From an archaeon (GTDB lineage: Archaea > Iainarchaeota > Iainarchaeia > Iainarchaeales > CSSED10-239), in contig DAOOUC010000017.1 of assembly GCA_035390665.1 (NCBI GenBank), forward strand, positions 1 to 11,113: a stretch of DNA of 11,113 bases, in the 5' to 3' direction. The translations under genes and the position numbers were made by a program. Of this stretch, positions 1 through 6,773 are shown one piece after another (position 1 is the stretch's first letter; each line of letters starts with the position of its first letter). The notes below the pieces were generated by a model, which searched no databases, was not told where the DNA came from, and saw nothing but the letters and a program-made list of their open reading frames with translations.

Positions 1-22
1 TAAAAAAATGGAGGAAACCAAA

Positions 23-1030
23 ATGGCAAAAGAAAATAAAAGTAAGCTAATCATTTGGGCATTAGTAGCTTTAGTGATTGGTGTAATATTAGGATTATTA
101 ATAACAAACATAACAACAACAGGAAAAGCAAAATCTGCTTTACAAGAAGCACAAGTTCAGAAACAAGTTGGTTTAGGAAACGGATATAATTTGTATTTAT
201 ATCAAGCAACACCAAACGAGATGATATATGTATTACCAACTAATGAACAAACTTATTCAACCCATCCTGCAAAAGTAAATGTAAGCACGACAACAGCTTT
301 TTTAACATCAGATGGAGTGGTTTATAATGATCAACGCGCAAGACAAAATACAGAATATAATCTAGAGCAGGGAACTATGAAATATGTTACAGAAAAATAT
401 ACCTTTTTAAATATCCCAAGTCAACAAAATGATTTGTCGGTACAATATCTGAGTACAGCTAACTGGTATTTTGATGACGGAACATCAAAAAATTTAGAGA
501 TGGGTTATATTATAAATCAAGAGAACTATGAATTTGTAAAAATGAATGACTTTACCGGAAATTGTAATGGCTATAATTTGAACTATCAAGATTATGCACA
601 CATCCCTGTTGAATCAATATATTATAATTTGTATGTATATGATTCTCAAAATAATTGGAATGTTGTTGCAGAAGAACATTGGTCAGATCCGGTAAACGAT
701 AGCGGAAGCTATGTCGGAACATATTCTGATAATGTTAAAAATCTATTATTAAATACAAATGGAAGATATTGGGTGTCATTATCAGCAACAGTAAATACAT
801 TTAATTATACCCAATCTATTTTTGATAATTACTATTTTGCAAACTGTTTAATAGGTGATTTTAAATCAACGAATAATACAGAATTAAATAAATTAAGAAA
901 TGAAAATAAAATACCATCGCTAGAAAATCACGTACGCGATATAACCGGCAGCGAAAATATAAAAATATCAGTGCAAGGCATATCTTCAGATGTGGTGTCT
1001 AAAAGTTTATCTAATTTAAATATAAAATAA
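23..1030 (+). CDS. Hypothetical secreted / N-terminally membrane-anchored protein (ORF track start at 8; start at 23 preferred)
   Basis: Long ORF. N-terminal charged stretch then a hydrophobic helix (LIIWALVALVIGVILGLLITNI) followed by a ~290-aa Asn/Tyr-rich, beta-rich-looking extracytoplasmic domain. GGAGG at 10-14 lies 8 nt before the ATG at 23, favouring MAKENKSK... as the real N-terminus. Confidence 0.75.
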   Translation: MAKENKSKLIIWALVALVIGVILGLLITNITTTGKAKSALQEAQVQKQVGLGNGYNLYLYQATPNEMIYVLPTNEQTYSTHPAKVNVSTTTAFLTSDGVVYNDQRARQNTEYNLEQGTMKYVTEKYTFLNIPSQQNDLSVQYLSTANWYFDDGTSKNLEMGYIINQENYEFVKMNDFTGNCNGYNLNYQDYAHIPVESIYYNLYVYDSQNNWNVVAEEHWSDPVNDSGSYVGTYSDNVKNLLLNTNGRYWVSLSATVNTFNYTQSIFDNYYFANCLIGDFKSTNNTELNKLRNENKIPSLENHVRDITGSENIKISVQGISSDVVSKSLSNLNIK

Positions 1031-1050
1031 AATCACCTCGATTTTATTTT
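1024..1050. terminator. Perfect 11-bp stem / 5-nt loop at convergent gene ends, candidate bidirectional terminator
   Basis: AAAATAAAATC (1024-1034) - ACCTC - GATTTTATTTT (1040-1050), followed by a T/C-rich tract on the + strand. Both convergent stop codons fall inside the stem. Confidence 0.45.
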
Positions 1051-2714
1051 TCTTCTTTTTCTTTTCTTTTTTTTGCAGCCTTTACAAATTCTACAAATAA
1101 GGGGTGTGGTGTAAGTAGCTTTGATTTAAGTTCTGGGTGTGCTTGTGTTCCAATAAAGAATGGATGTTTCTTAATTTCTATAAATTCCAAAAGTTCTCCT
1201 GTAGGATCAAATCCACAAAGCCCAAGTCCTTTTTCTTTAAGTATAGAATGATATTTGGGGTTTACTTCAAATCTATGTCTGTGTCTTTCAGTTATTTTAT
1301 CACAATCGTACATTTTTGCAACTCTAGAGTCTTTAGATAATTCAGCAACACAAGAACCAAGCCTCATGCTTCCACCAATCTTTTTATTTTCTTGTCCAGG
1401 AAGGATAGTGACAATTGGGTCTTTACAATTTTTATCAATTTCAGTTGTGTTTGCTTCTAGAATTCCACAAACATTTCTTGCATATTCTATAACTGCAAGT
1501 TGCATTCCATAGCAAAGTCCTAAGTAAGGCACATTATTAACTCTTGCATATTTAATAATATTAAGTTTACCATTAATTCCTCTAGCCCCAAAACCACCAG
1601 GAACAATAATCCCATCAAGTTCTTTAATTTCTTCAGAAGTTTCAACATTTCCTTCTTCATATTTTTCTGTATCAATTAGTTTTATTTCTAAAGATTCAGG
1701 AACAGTAGTTTTAGCATGATGTAATGCCTCAATAACAGAAGCATAAGAGTCATCAATTCCTGTATATTTCCCACAGATTCCAATCTTAATCTTTTCGGAA
1801 TTGTCGTTTTCTATTTTTTCCACAGATTCAATAAACTTATCAAATTCTTTATTAACTTCAATACCAAGTTTTCTAGAAATTAATTTATCTACATCTTGAT
1901 TCTTAAAATTAATTGGTATCTCGTAAATATTTTTAACATCATGTCCAGAGATAATCTGTTTAGGTAATAATTCACAAGCCTCACAAATTTTATCAATAGA
2001 TTTCTTATCAAGTGGCCTTTTTGATCTACAAATTATAAGATCTGGCCAAAGTCCTCTTTTATTTAATTCAAATATGCTGTTTTGTGCAGGTTTTGTTTTT
2101 TGTTCATTACTTGGTGCAATCTCCGGAATATAAGCAAGATGTGCTAAACAAAGATTTTCTTTTCCAAGTTTCCATCTAATTTCTCTAGCTGCAGTAACAT
2201 AAAGTTCATTTTCTAAATCTCCTATTGTTCCTCCAATTTCAAGAACAACAAGGTCTGCATTATTGTCTAATGCAGTTTTTATTATTTTATACTGAATATA
2301 ATCAGTAACTTCAGGAATTAATTTAACAGTTCTTCCTAAGAATAATCCGCTTCTTTCGAGATCAATTATTTCTTTATAGATTTTACCCATAGTTAAATTT
2401 TGAGTTCCATTACAAGAGATATCAAGATATCTTTCATAGTGCCCAAAATCCATATCAACTTCAGTTCCATCATCTAGAACAAAAACTTCTCCATGTTCAA
2501 CAGGGTTCATGGTTCCTGGATCATAATTAAGATAACCATCGCATTTAATTGGTATTTTTCTAATATCCTTAGATAATAGTTGAGCAAGACTTGCAGCAGC
2601 TACCCCTTTACCAAGACCAGAAAGAACTCCGCCAGTAACAACTAGAAATTTTAGGTTTTTTTCTTTTGCTAAATCATATATACCATTGATGTCTTTATAA
2701 TCCATAACAATCAC
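1044..2714 (-). CDS. pyrG: CTP synthase (glutamine-hydrolysing), divergent
   Basis: Full-length architecture: GGVLSGLGKG P-loop, MNPVEHGEVFVLDDG, GHYER, EIGGTIGDLE, KTKPAQNS, and a C-terminal class I glutaminase with PGGFGARG, GLCYGMQ nucleophile motif, HRHRFEVN and GTQAHPE. Confidence 0.95.
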   Translation of the reverse strand: MIVMDYKDINGIYDLAKEKNLKFLVVTGGVLSGLGKGVAAASLAQLLSKDIRKIPIKCDGYLNYDPGTMNPVEHGEVFVLDDGTEVDMDFGHYERYLDISCNGTQNLTMGKIYKEIIDLERSGLFLGRTVKLIPEVTDYIQYKIIKTALDNNADLVVLEIGGTIGDLENELYVTAAREIRWKLGKENLCLAHLAYIPEIAPSNEQKTKPAQNSIFELNKRGLWPDLIICRSKRPLDKKSIDKICEACELLPKQIISGHDVKNIYEIPINFKNQDVDKLISRKLGIEVNKEFDKFIESVEKIENDNSEKIKIGICGKYTGIDDSYASVIEALHHAKTTVPESLEIKLIDTEKYEEGNVETSEEIKELDGIIVPGGFGARGINGKLNIIKYARVNNVPYLGLCYGMQLAVIEYARNVCGILEANTTEIDKNCKDPIVTILPGQENKKIGGSMRLGSCVAELSKDSRVAKMYDCDKITERHRHRFEVNPKYHSILKEKGLGLCGFDPTGELLEFIEIKKHPFFIGTQAHPELKSKLLTPHPLFVEFVKAAKKRKEKEEK

Positions 2715-2850
2715 AACACAATTAGAATAATAAAGAACTATATCTTAAAACAGTTTATATTTCTTCTTGTTTGTTTTTTAAACTTTGTCTAAACCACATT
2801 TATTTATATAGCTTTTTAATCATAAATATATATTACCGGCGTTATAATGG

Positions 2851-2860
2851 GTATATTTAA
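2851..2860 (+). promoter_or_regulatory. Candidate TATA box for tRNA-Ser(UGA)
   Basis: GTATATTTAA located ~50 nt upstream of the mature tRNA 5' end, compatible with a short 5' leader. Confidence 0.35.
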
Positions 2861-2904
2861 GATAAAATAACCATTGCGCGCTAGCCCGAGCGAAACCGAT
2901 TCAT

Positions 2905-2987
2905 GCAGAGGTGGCGGAGTGGCCAAACGCACCAGCCTTGAGAGCTGGAGTCGAAAGACTACGCGAGTTCGAATCTCGTCCTCTGCG
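2905..2987 (+). tRNA. tRNA-Ser, anticodon UGA
   Basis: Acceptor GCAGAGG/CCTCTGC (2905-2911/2980-2986) with discriminator G2987; anticodon arm CCAGC-CTTGAGA-GCTGG (anticodon TGA); long variable arm AGTC-GAAA-GACT; T arm GCGAG-TTCGAAT-CTCGT. No encoded CCA. Confidence 0.96.
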
Positions 2988-2996
2988 CTAGAATCC

Positions 2997-3020
2997 TTTT
3001 CTTTTTTGTAAAAAAGAAAA
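2997..3020. terminator. T-rich tract / 11-bp inverted repeat after tRNA-Ser(UGA)
   Basis: TTTTCTTTTTT-GT-AAAAAAGAAAA. The TTTTCTTTTTT arm could act as an archaeal oligo-T terminator starting ~9 nt after the tRNA. Confidence 0.45.
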
Positions 3021-3077
3021 TTATTTCATTCCAAAAGAAAAAACTATATTAAAAGAAAAAAACCACAGAAGATTATT

Positions 3078-3416
3078 ATGTCAGAAGAAAAACCAATTAT
3101 TACTTTTGATGATTTCATAAAGCTTGACATAAGAGTAGGAACAGTAATAGAAGCAGAAAAAGTTCCAAACAGTCTAAAGCTTATAAGATTAGTAATTGAT
3201 TTTGGAGATTTTAAAAGACAAGTCCTTGCCGGAATTGCAACAAAGTATTCTCCTGAAGATCTTTTAAACAGACAAATACCAGTAATAGTAAATTTGGCCC
3301 CAAGAAAAATGGCTGGTCTTGAAAGTCAAGGCATGATTATGGCAGTAGGAGATAATGAAGTTGAAGCATTATTGTTTCCAACAGAAGTAGTAAAAGAAGG
3401 AGCGAGTGTTCATTAG
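3078..3416 (+). CDS. Stand-alone tRNA-binding (EMAPII/ARC1/CsaA-like) OB-fold protein; MetRS beta-subunit / MetG C-terminal-like
   Basis: Protein pattern ITFDDFIKLDIRVGTVIEAEKVPNSLKL...RQVLAGIATKYSPEDLLNRQIPVIVNLAPRKMAGLESQGMIMA matches the MetG C-terminal / methionyl-tRNA synthetase beta family as recalled. Confidence 0.88.
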   Translation: MSEEKPIITFDDFIKLDIRVGTVIEAEKVPNSLKLIRLVIDFGDFKRQVLAGIATKYSPEDLLNRQIPVIVNLAPRKMAGLESQGMIMAVGDNEVEALLFPTEVVKEGASVH

Positions 3417-3695
3417 ATGATAAATATGGATAAAACAAAAATTAATTATTTTATAGATGTTTTATTAATCATTTCATTTATAGTTGTTGCAATAACAAGC
3501 ATTATTATTTTTTTCTTTCTTCCAAGCGGAGTAAGGCAAGCAGGTTATCAAACATTTTTAGGAATGACAAAACACACTTGGAGTAACATTCATACAATCT
3601 TCGGGTTTGCAATGATAATTTTGTCTTTAGTTCATTTAATATTACACTTCAAATGGCTAACAGTAATGTCAAAAACAATATTTAAGAAAAAATAA
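3417..3695 (+). CDS. DUF4405-like small membrane protein
   Basis: Two hydrophobic helices with conserved-looking His residues (KHTWSNIHTIFGFAMIILSLVHLILHFKW). ATG directly follows the previous stop codon. An alternative start is the Met at 3426. Confidence 0.7.
   Translation: MINMDKTKINYFIDVLLIISFIVVAITSIIIFFFLPSGVRQAGYQTFLGMTKHTWSNIHTIFGFAMIILSLVHLILHFKWLTVMSKTIFKKK
3677..3686 (+). promoter_or_regulatory. Candidate TATA box for a transcript entering the structured intergenic region / tRNA-Ser(GGA)
   Basis: AATATTTAAG at the 3' end of the DUF4405-like gene, ~25-30 nt before the GC-richer segment beginning near 3707. Confidence 0.2.
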
Positions 3696-3760
3696 TTTAG
3701 TTGTGTGTCGATAGGCAACCAGTTAGTGCCATACAAATTCTGGCTGGGCGCCAACCTCAA

Positions 3761-3779
3761 AAAAAGTCAAAGACTTTTT
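3761..3779 (+). terminator. Hairpin with 8-bp stem ending in a U-tract
   Basis: AAAAAGTC (3761-3768) - AAA - GACTTTTT (3772-3779). The T tract is inside the 3' arm. Confidence 0.35.
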
Positions 3780-3782
3780 AGG

Positions 3783-3805
3783 ATCCTAAAAAATTAGGAT
3801 TTTTT
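3783..3805 (+). terminator. Intrinsic-terminator-like hairpin plus T-tract
   Basis: ATCCTAA (3783-3789) - AAAA - TTAGGAT (3794-3800) followed by TTTTT (3801-3805). Confidence 0.45.
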
Positions 3806-3825
3806 ATGAGACCGCAACCGGTTGT

Positions 3826-3908
3826 GCAGAGGTGGCGGAGTGGTCAAACGCACTAGCCTGGAAAGCTAGAGTCGAAAGACTACGCGAGTTCGAATCTCGT
3901 CCTCTGCG
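3826..3908 (+). tRNA. tRNA-Ser, anticodon GGA
   Basis: Acceptor GCAGAGG/CCTCTGC (3826-3832/3901-3907), discriminator G3908; anticodon arm CTAGC-CTGGAAA-GCTAG (anticodon GGA); long variable arm AGTC-GAAA-GACT; T arm GCGAG-TTCGAAT-CTCGT. 78 of 83 positions match the first tRNA-Ser. Confidence 0.96.
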
Positions 3909-3924
3909 ATTTTTCTATTCTATT

Positions 3925-4275
3925 TTAGGTTATTAAAATAAAGATGACGCCTCCTAAAACATAAGAGGTTGTGTTTATTGCAATTGATAAGAAAAACCAC
4001 TCTTTATTTTTTCCAAAAACATAAACAAATATTTTCCATTCTATTAATATTATTAAAATTTCTAAAAAGATAACAATTATTGAATATAAGAAAATGGATA
4101 AATTATTTAATCTAAATATAAGTAATAAATAGTTTAATGTAAGATTAGTAAGGACATTAACAAGAACTATAATCTGAAATATTTCTTTTTTTCTGTATCT
4201 TAAAATTAATGCAACAAAGCATTCTATAATTATGGTTAAAAACAAAGCTAAGATTAAAGAAATAAAATAATTCAT
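3925..4275 (-). CDS. Polytopic membrane protein of unknown function
   Basis: 116 aa, about 3-4 predicted TM helices, with IIIECFVALILRYRKKE and VNVLTNLTLNYLL segments. Starts 2 nt after the upstream gene's stop, so likely co-transcribed. Confidence 0.7.
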   Translation of the reverse strand: MNYFISLILALFLTIIIECFVALILRYRKKEIFQIIVLVNVLTNLTLNYLLLIFRLNNLSIFLYSIIVIFLEILIILIEWKIFVYVFGKNKEWFFLSIAINTTSYVLGGVIFILIT

Positions 4276-4277
4276 AA

Positions 4278-4484
4278 TTATTTTCTTATTGATGCTTTAA
4301 TTTTTTTAATAACTTTAACAACAAATACAATTATCCCTAAAATTACAGTTGCTGCAATTATTAACCCAACTACTGGAAAAATCACTGCATCTGCGCCTCC
4401 AGAGAATGTAGAAACATCTGCATAAACAAAACTATTTAGTAATAAAATACTATAAAGTATAGTTATTATTTTTATGAAATTCAT
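4278..4484 (-). CDS. Small secreted/membrane protein: signal peptide plus one TM helix and basic tail
   Basis: 68 aa: MNFIKIITILYSILLLNSFVYA signal-like segment, then a short linker and VIFPVVGLIIAATVILGIIVFVVKVIKKIKASIRK. GGAG upstream on the minus strand; ATGA overlap with the preceding MFS gene. Confidence 0.7.
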   Translation of the reverse strand: MNFIKIITILYSILLLNSFVYADVSTFSGGADAVIFPVVGLIIAATVILGIIVFVVKVIKKIKASIRK

Positions 4485-5521
4485 GTTATTCTCCTATTTC
4501 TATTATATAATTTTAAACCAAAATAAATTGTTATTATAGAAATAACAATCATAATAAATATAATATAGTTGTTTGATAAAAAAGACTTAAAAGAAGTAAA
4601 TGTAATTATTGCTCCGATGATTAAAGCAAGACAAGTTAATCCAAACGAAAATCCAGGATATCCTGGAAGAGTATTAGAGATAGCAACAAGAGTAATAGGC
4701 ATAGTCATATTAAAAAAGAAAATTCCAATAATTCCAAGAATAGGGTAATTTATCCCGTAGGTTAAAAGTGGGACAGAAACAATTAACGAAAATATTGCTG
4801 TGTTTAAAAATCCAAACTTGTCAGCAAAATATCCGCCAAGTGCTTTTCCTAAAAATATACTAATAGTTAAAATAATTAACAAATAATAAACATTCTTCCA
4901 AGGAAAAACCAGAGCCATGCCCACAATTGATCTAAAAACTATAGTAATCAATAATAACAAAACTATAAGTTCTAGATAATTATTTTTTACTTTCTTAATT
5001 GTATTAATCTTTGGAGGTTCTATAAAAAAAATAATTATACTTGAAATTAAAGTTATTGCTAAAAAAAGAAAAGGAAAAAAATATCCTTTAAATCCCATAA
5101 ATGCACCAAAAAGCAAACCAAGAGCCCCAGGAGCAACAAAGATTCCAGGAAATGTGGCCTTACCATTACTAAAATTAAGTATTATTGTTCCTCCACCAAT
5201 ATGAAAAAAAGCATTAGCAATTCCAGCAAAAATTATTGAAAGAATGGGAAGGTAAAGCCCCGAAATTAAAGCAATCCCCATTAATAAAAGACCAATTATT
5301 GCAAAATGTTTTGCGCAATTATATTTATCTGAAATTAATCCAATAATTGGTTGTAATCCAAAAGCCAGGCAATTATAAATTAAAACAAATAGTCCAATCA
5401 ATGTTGGATTAGAAGTTTTAGATAAGCACAAGGTAATTAAAAGAGATGTGCCAAGGGTATCAATGAGAAAGTGGCCAAAACTATATGAAATTAAGTTACT
5501 ATAAATATTTCTATAATACAT
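4481..5521 (-). CDS. MFS transporter (12-TM type)
   Basis: 346 aa, highly hydrophobic throughout. MFS-like segments LIGLFVLIYNCLAFGLQPIIGLISDKY (A-motif-like loop) and IFLGKALGGYFADKFGF. A weak resemblance to fosmidomycin-resistance-type MFS proteins (ANAFFHIGGG). Confidence 0.8.
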   Translation of the reverse strand: MYYRNIYSNLISYSFGHFLIDTLGTSLLITLCLSKTSNPTLIGLFVLIYNCLAFGLQPIIGLISDKYNCAKHFAIIGLLLMGIALISGLYLPILSIIFAGIANAFFHIGGGTIILNFSNGKATFPGIFVAPGALGLLFGAFMGFKGYFFPFLFLAITLISSIIIFFIEPPKINTIKKVKNNYLELIVLLLLITIVFRSIVGMALVFPWKNVYYLLIILTISIFLGKALGGYFADKFGFLNTAIFSLIVSVPLLTYGINYPILGIIGIFFFNMTMPITLVAISNTLPGYPGFSFGLTCLALIIGAIITFTSFKSFLSNNYIIFIMIVISIITIYFGLKLYNRNRRIT

Positions 5522-5650
5522 ATATTAGATTTATTACTACATTTTTAAAAGTATATCTTAATTGTTAGGTTTTAGCATAAGATTACAAAAAATACAATTT
5601 ATAAATAATATCATTCAATATTATACTATATTTAAGGGGGTTTTTAATAA

Positions 5651-5959
5651 ATGGGGAAATTACTACAAGAATTTAAAGATTTTCTAAATGAATACAAAGT
5701 AATGGGATTAGCAGTAGCTTTTATTATTGGTACTGCAATTACTGCACTTGTAAAGTCTTTAGTTGATAATATTATTATGCCAATAATAACGCCTTTTATA
5801 CCTGGTGGAGCTTGGCAAACAGCAACAGTAAAATTAGGGCCAATAGTTTTAGGTCTTGGTGCATTTGCAGGAGCATTACTTAATTTTGTAATTATTGCAT
5901 TTGTAGTTTTCATGATTGCTAAATATTTATTTAAGGAAGAAAAAGTTACAAAAAAGTAA
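5651..5959 (+). CDS. mscL: Large-conductance mechanosensitive channel
   Basis: 102 aa: EFKDFLNEYKVMGLAVAFIIGTAITALVKSLVDNIIMPIITPFIPGG (TM1/MscL signature), second helix ALLNFVIIAFVVFMIAKYLFK, cytoplasmic basic tail. AGGGGG upstream of the ATG. Confidence 0.9.
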   Translation: MGKLLQEFKDFLNEYKVMGLAVAFIIGTAITALVKSLVDNIIMPIITPFIPGGAWQTATVKLGPIVLGLGAFAGALLNFVIIAFVVFMIAKYLFKEEKVTKK

Positions 5960-5999
5960 TTTATTTCTTTTTTCTTTTTTATTTATTTTTTGAAAAAAC

Positions 6000-6323
6000 A
6001 TGACTAGAAAAAAAGACGCAGGTGAATTACTATACTATTTATATAAATCTTTAAATTGCCAGACGATTTCTTCAGAAAGCTTGTTAAAAGAAACAGGGTG
6101 GGGGAGTTGGAGATTAGAGAAAGCAATTAGATATTTAAGAGAAATTGATGCTATTAAGATAACTCTGTTTAAAGAAAAAATAGAAAGATTACAAAAATTA
6201 GTAATAGTTGGATTAACATCAATAGGAACACAAACAATAGAAGATAAAGACAAATTTAAAATCACTTTTGGATTCGAATTAAATCTTAAAAAGGGAAAGT
6301 GGAGTTGGCAAATATCCAAATGA
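6000..6323 (+). CDS. Hypothetical protein with N-terminal winged-helix-like region
   Basis: 107 aa. The LLYYLYKSLNCQTISSESLLKETGWGSWRLEKAIRYLREIDAIKI segment looks like a helix-turn-helix. It begins 40 nt after mscL with a T-rich spacer. Confidence 0.6.
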   Translation: MTRKKDAGELLYYLYKSLNCQTISSESLLKETGWGSWRLEKAIRYLREIDAIKITLFKEKIERLQKLVIVGLTSIGTQTIEDKDKFKITFGFELNLKKGKWSWQISK

Positions 6324-6471
6324 TAATAGTCCAGCACAATTGATCTAAAATACACAAAACACGATAGAAATAAGATTTAATAAGAGAAAAAATTATCAAA
6401 AATATCTCTTTAAATATCTATTGTGTCTAATTAGATAATAAAATTTACACTAAAATTGGAGATGACTAAAA

Positions 6472-6702
6472 ATGGAAAGACAACCAGTAGATGATAGAGA
6501 TCACAGAATGATAGGAAATCTTGTATCTATAGGATATGATGCAGAAAATGAAATTCTAGAAATAGAATATCAATTAGGCTATATTTACCAATATCTTAAG
6601 GTTCCAAAATCAGCCTATGATAAATTAATGTCTGAAAGAAACAAGATTGTTTTTGTTCAAGAAAGAATTGCTAAAGTTTATAGAAATCAAAGACTTAAGT
6701 AA
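6472..6702 (+). CDS. KTSC-like domain protein
   Basis: 76 aa: ERQPV...VSIGYDAENEILEIEYQLGYIYQYLKVPKSAYDKLMSE, matching the KTSC domain pattern (VxxxGYD..xxLEIEF..GxxYQYxxVPxxxYxxLM). Confidence 0.65.
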   Translation: MERQPVDDRDHRMIGNLVSIGYDAENEILEIEYQLGYIYQYLKVPKSAYDKLMSERNKIVFVQERIAKVYRNQRLK

Positions 6703-6744
6703 AGTCTTTTCTTTTTCTTTTTGTTGTTATTAAAACTAACAACA

Positions 6745-6753
6745 TTTTTAAAT
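6745..6753 (+). promoter_or_regulatory. Candidate TATA box for the TrmB-RND operon (leaderless spacing)
   Basis: TTTTTAAAT centred ~25 nt upstream of the ATG at 6774. Confidence 0.45.
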
Positions 6754-6773
6754 AGTTTGTATCATTTATATTT

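Noticed and set aside
51-239. Small minus-strand ORF
   Set aside because: Antisense to the N-terminal region of the first hypothetical gene; Leu-rich shadow translation.
1137-1512. Two small + strand ORFs (1137-1340, 1255-1512)
   Set aside because: Antisense within pyrG, whose motifs are unambiguous.
3700-3825. Considered a C/D box or H/ACA guide RNA in the structured intergenic region
   Set aside because: No convincing RUGAUGA/CUGA box pair or 3' ACA box; left only as an unclassified ncRNA candidate.
2905-3908. Integrated mobile element bounded by the two tRNA-Ser genes
   Set aside because: No integrase, recombinase or phage-like genes inside; the repeated units are complete functional tRNAs with different anticodons rather than a truncated att copy.
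5644-5913. 89-aa minus-strand ORF
   Set aside because: Fully antisense to mscL; low-complexity translation with no family resemblance.
6035-6355. 106-aa minus-strand ORF
   Set aside because: Antisense to the 6000-6323 gene, which has the better domain-like sequence; likely shadow ORF.
6381-6437. Weak inverted repeats AAGAGA...TCTCTT and TATCTA-N11-TAGATA upstream of the KTSC-like gene
   Set aside because: Six-base repeats in very AT-rich sequence are expected by chance; nothing else supports function.
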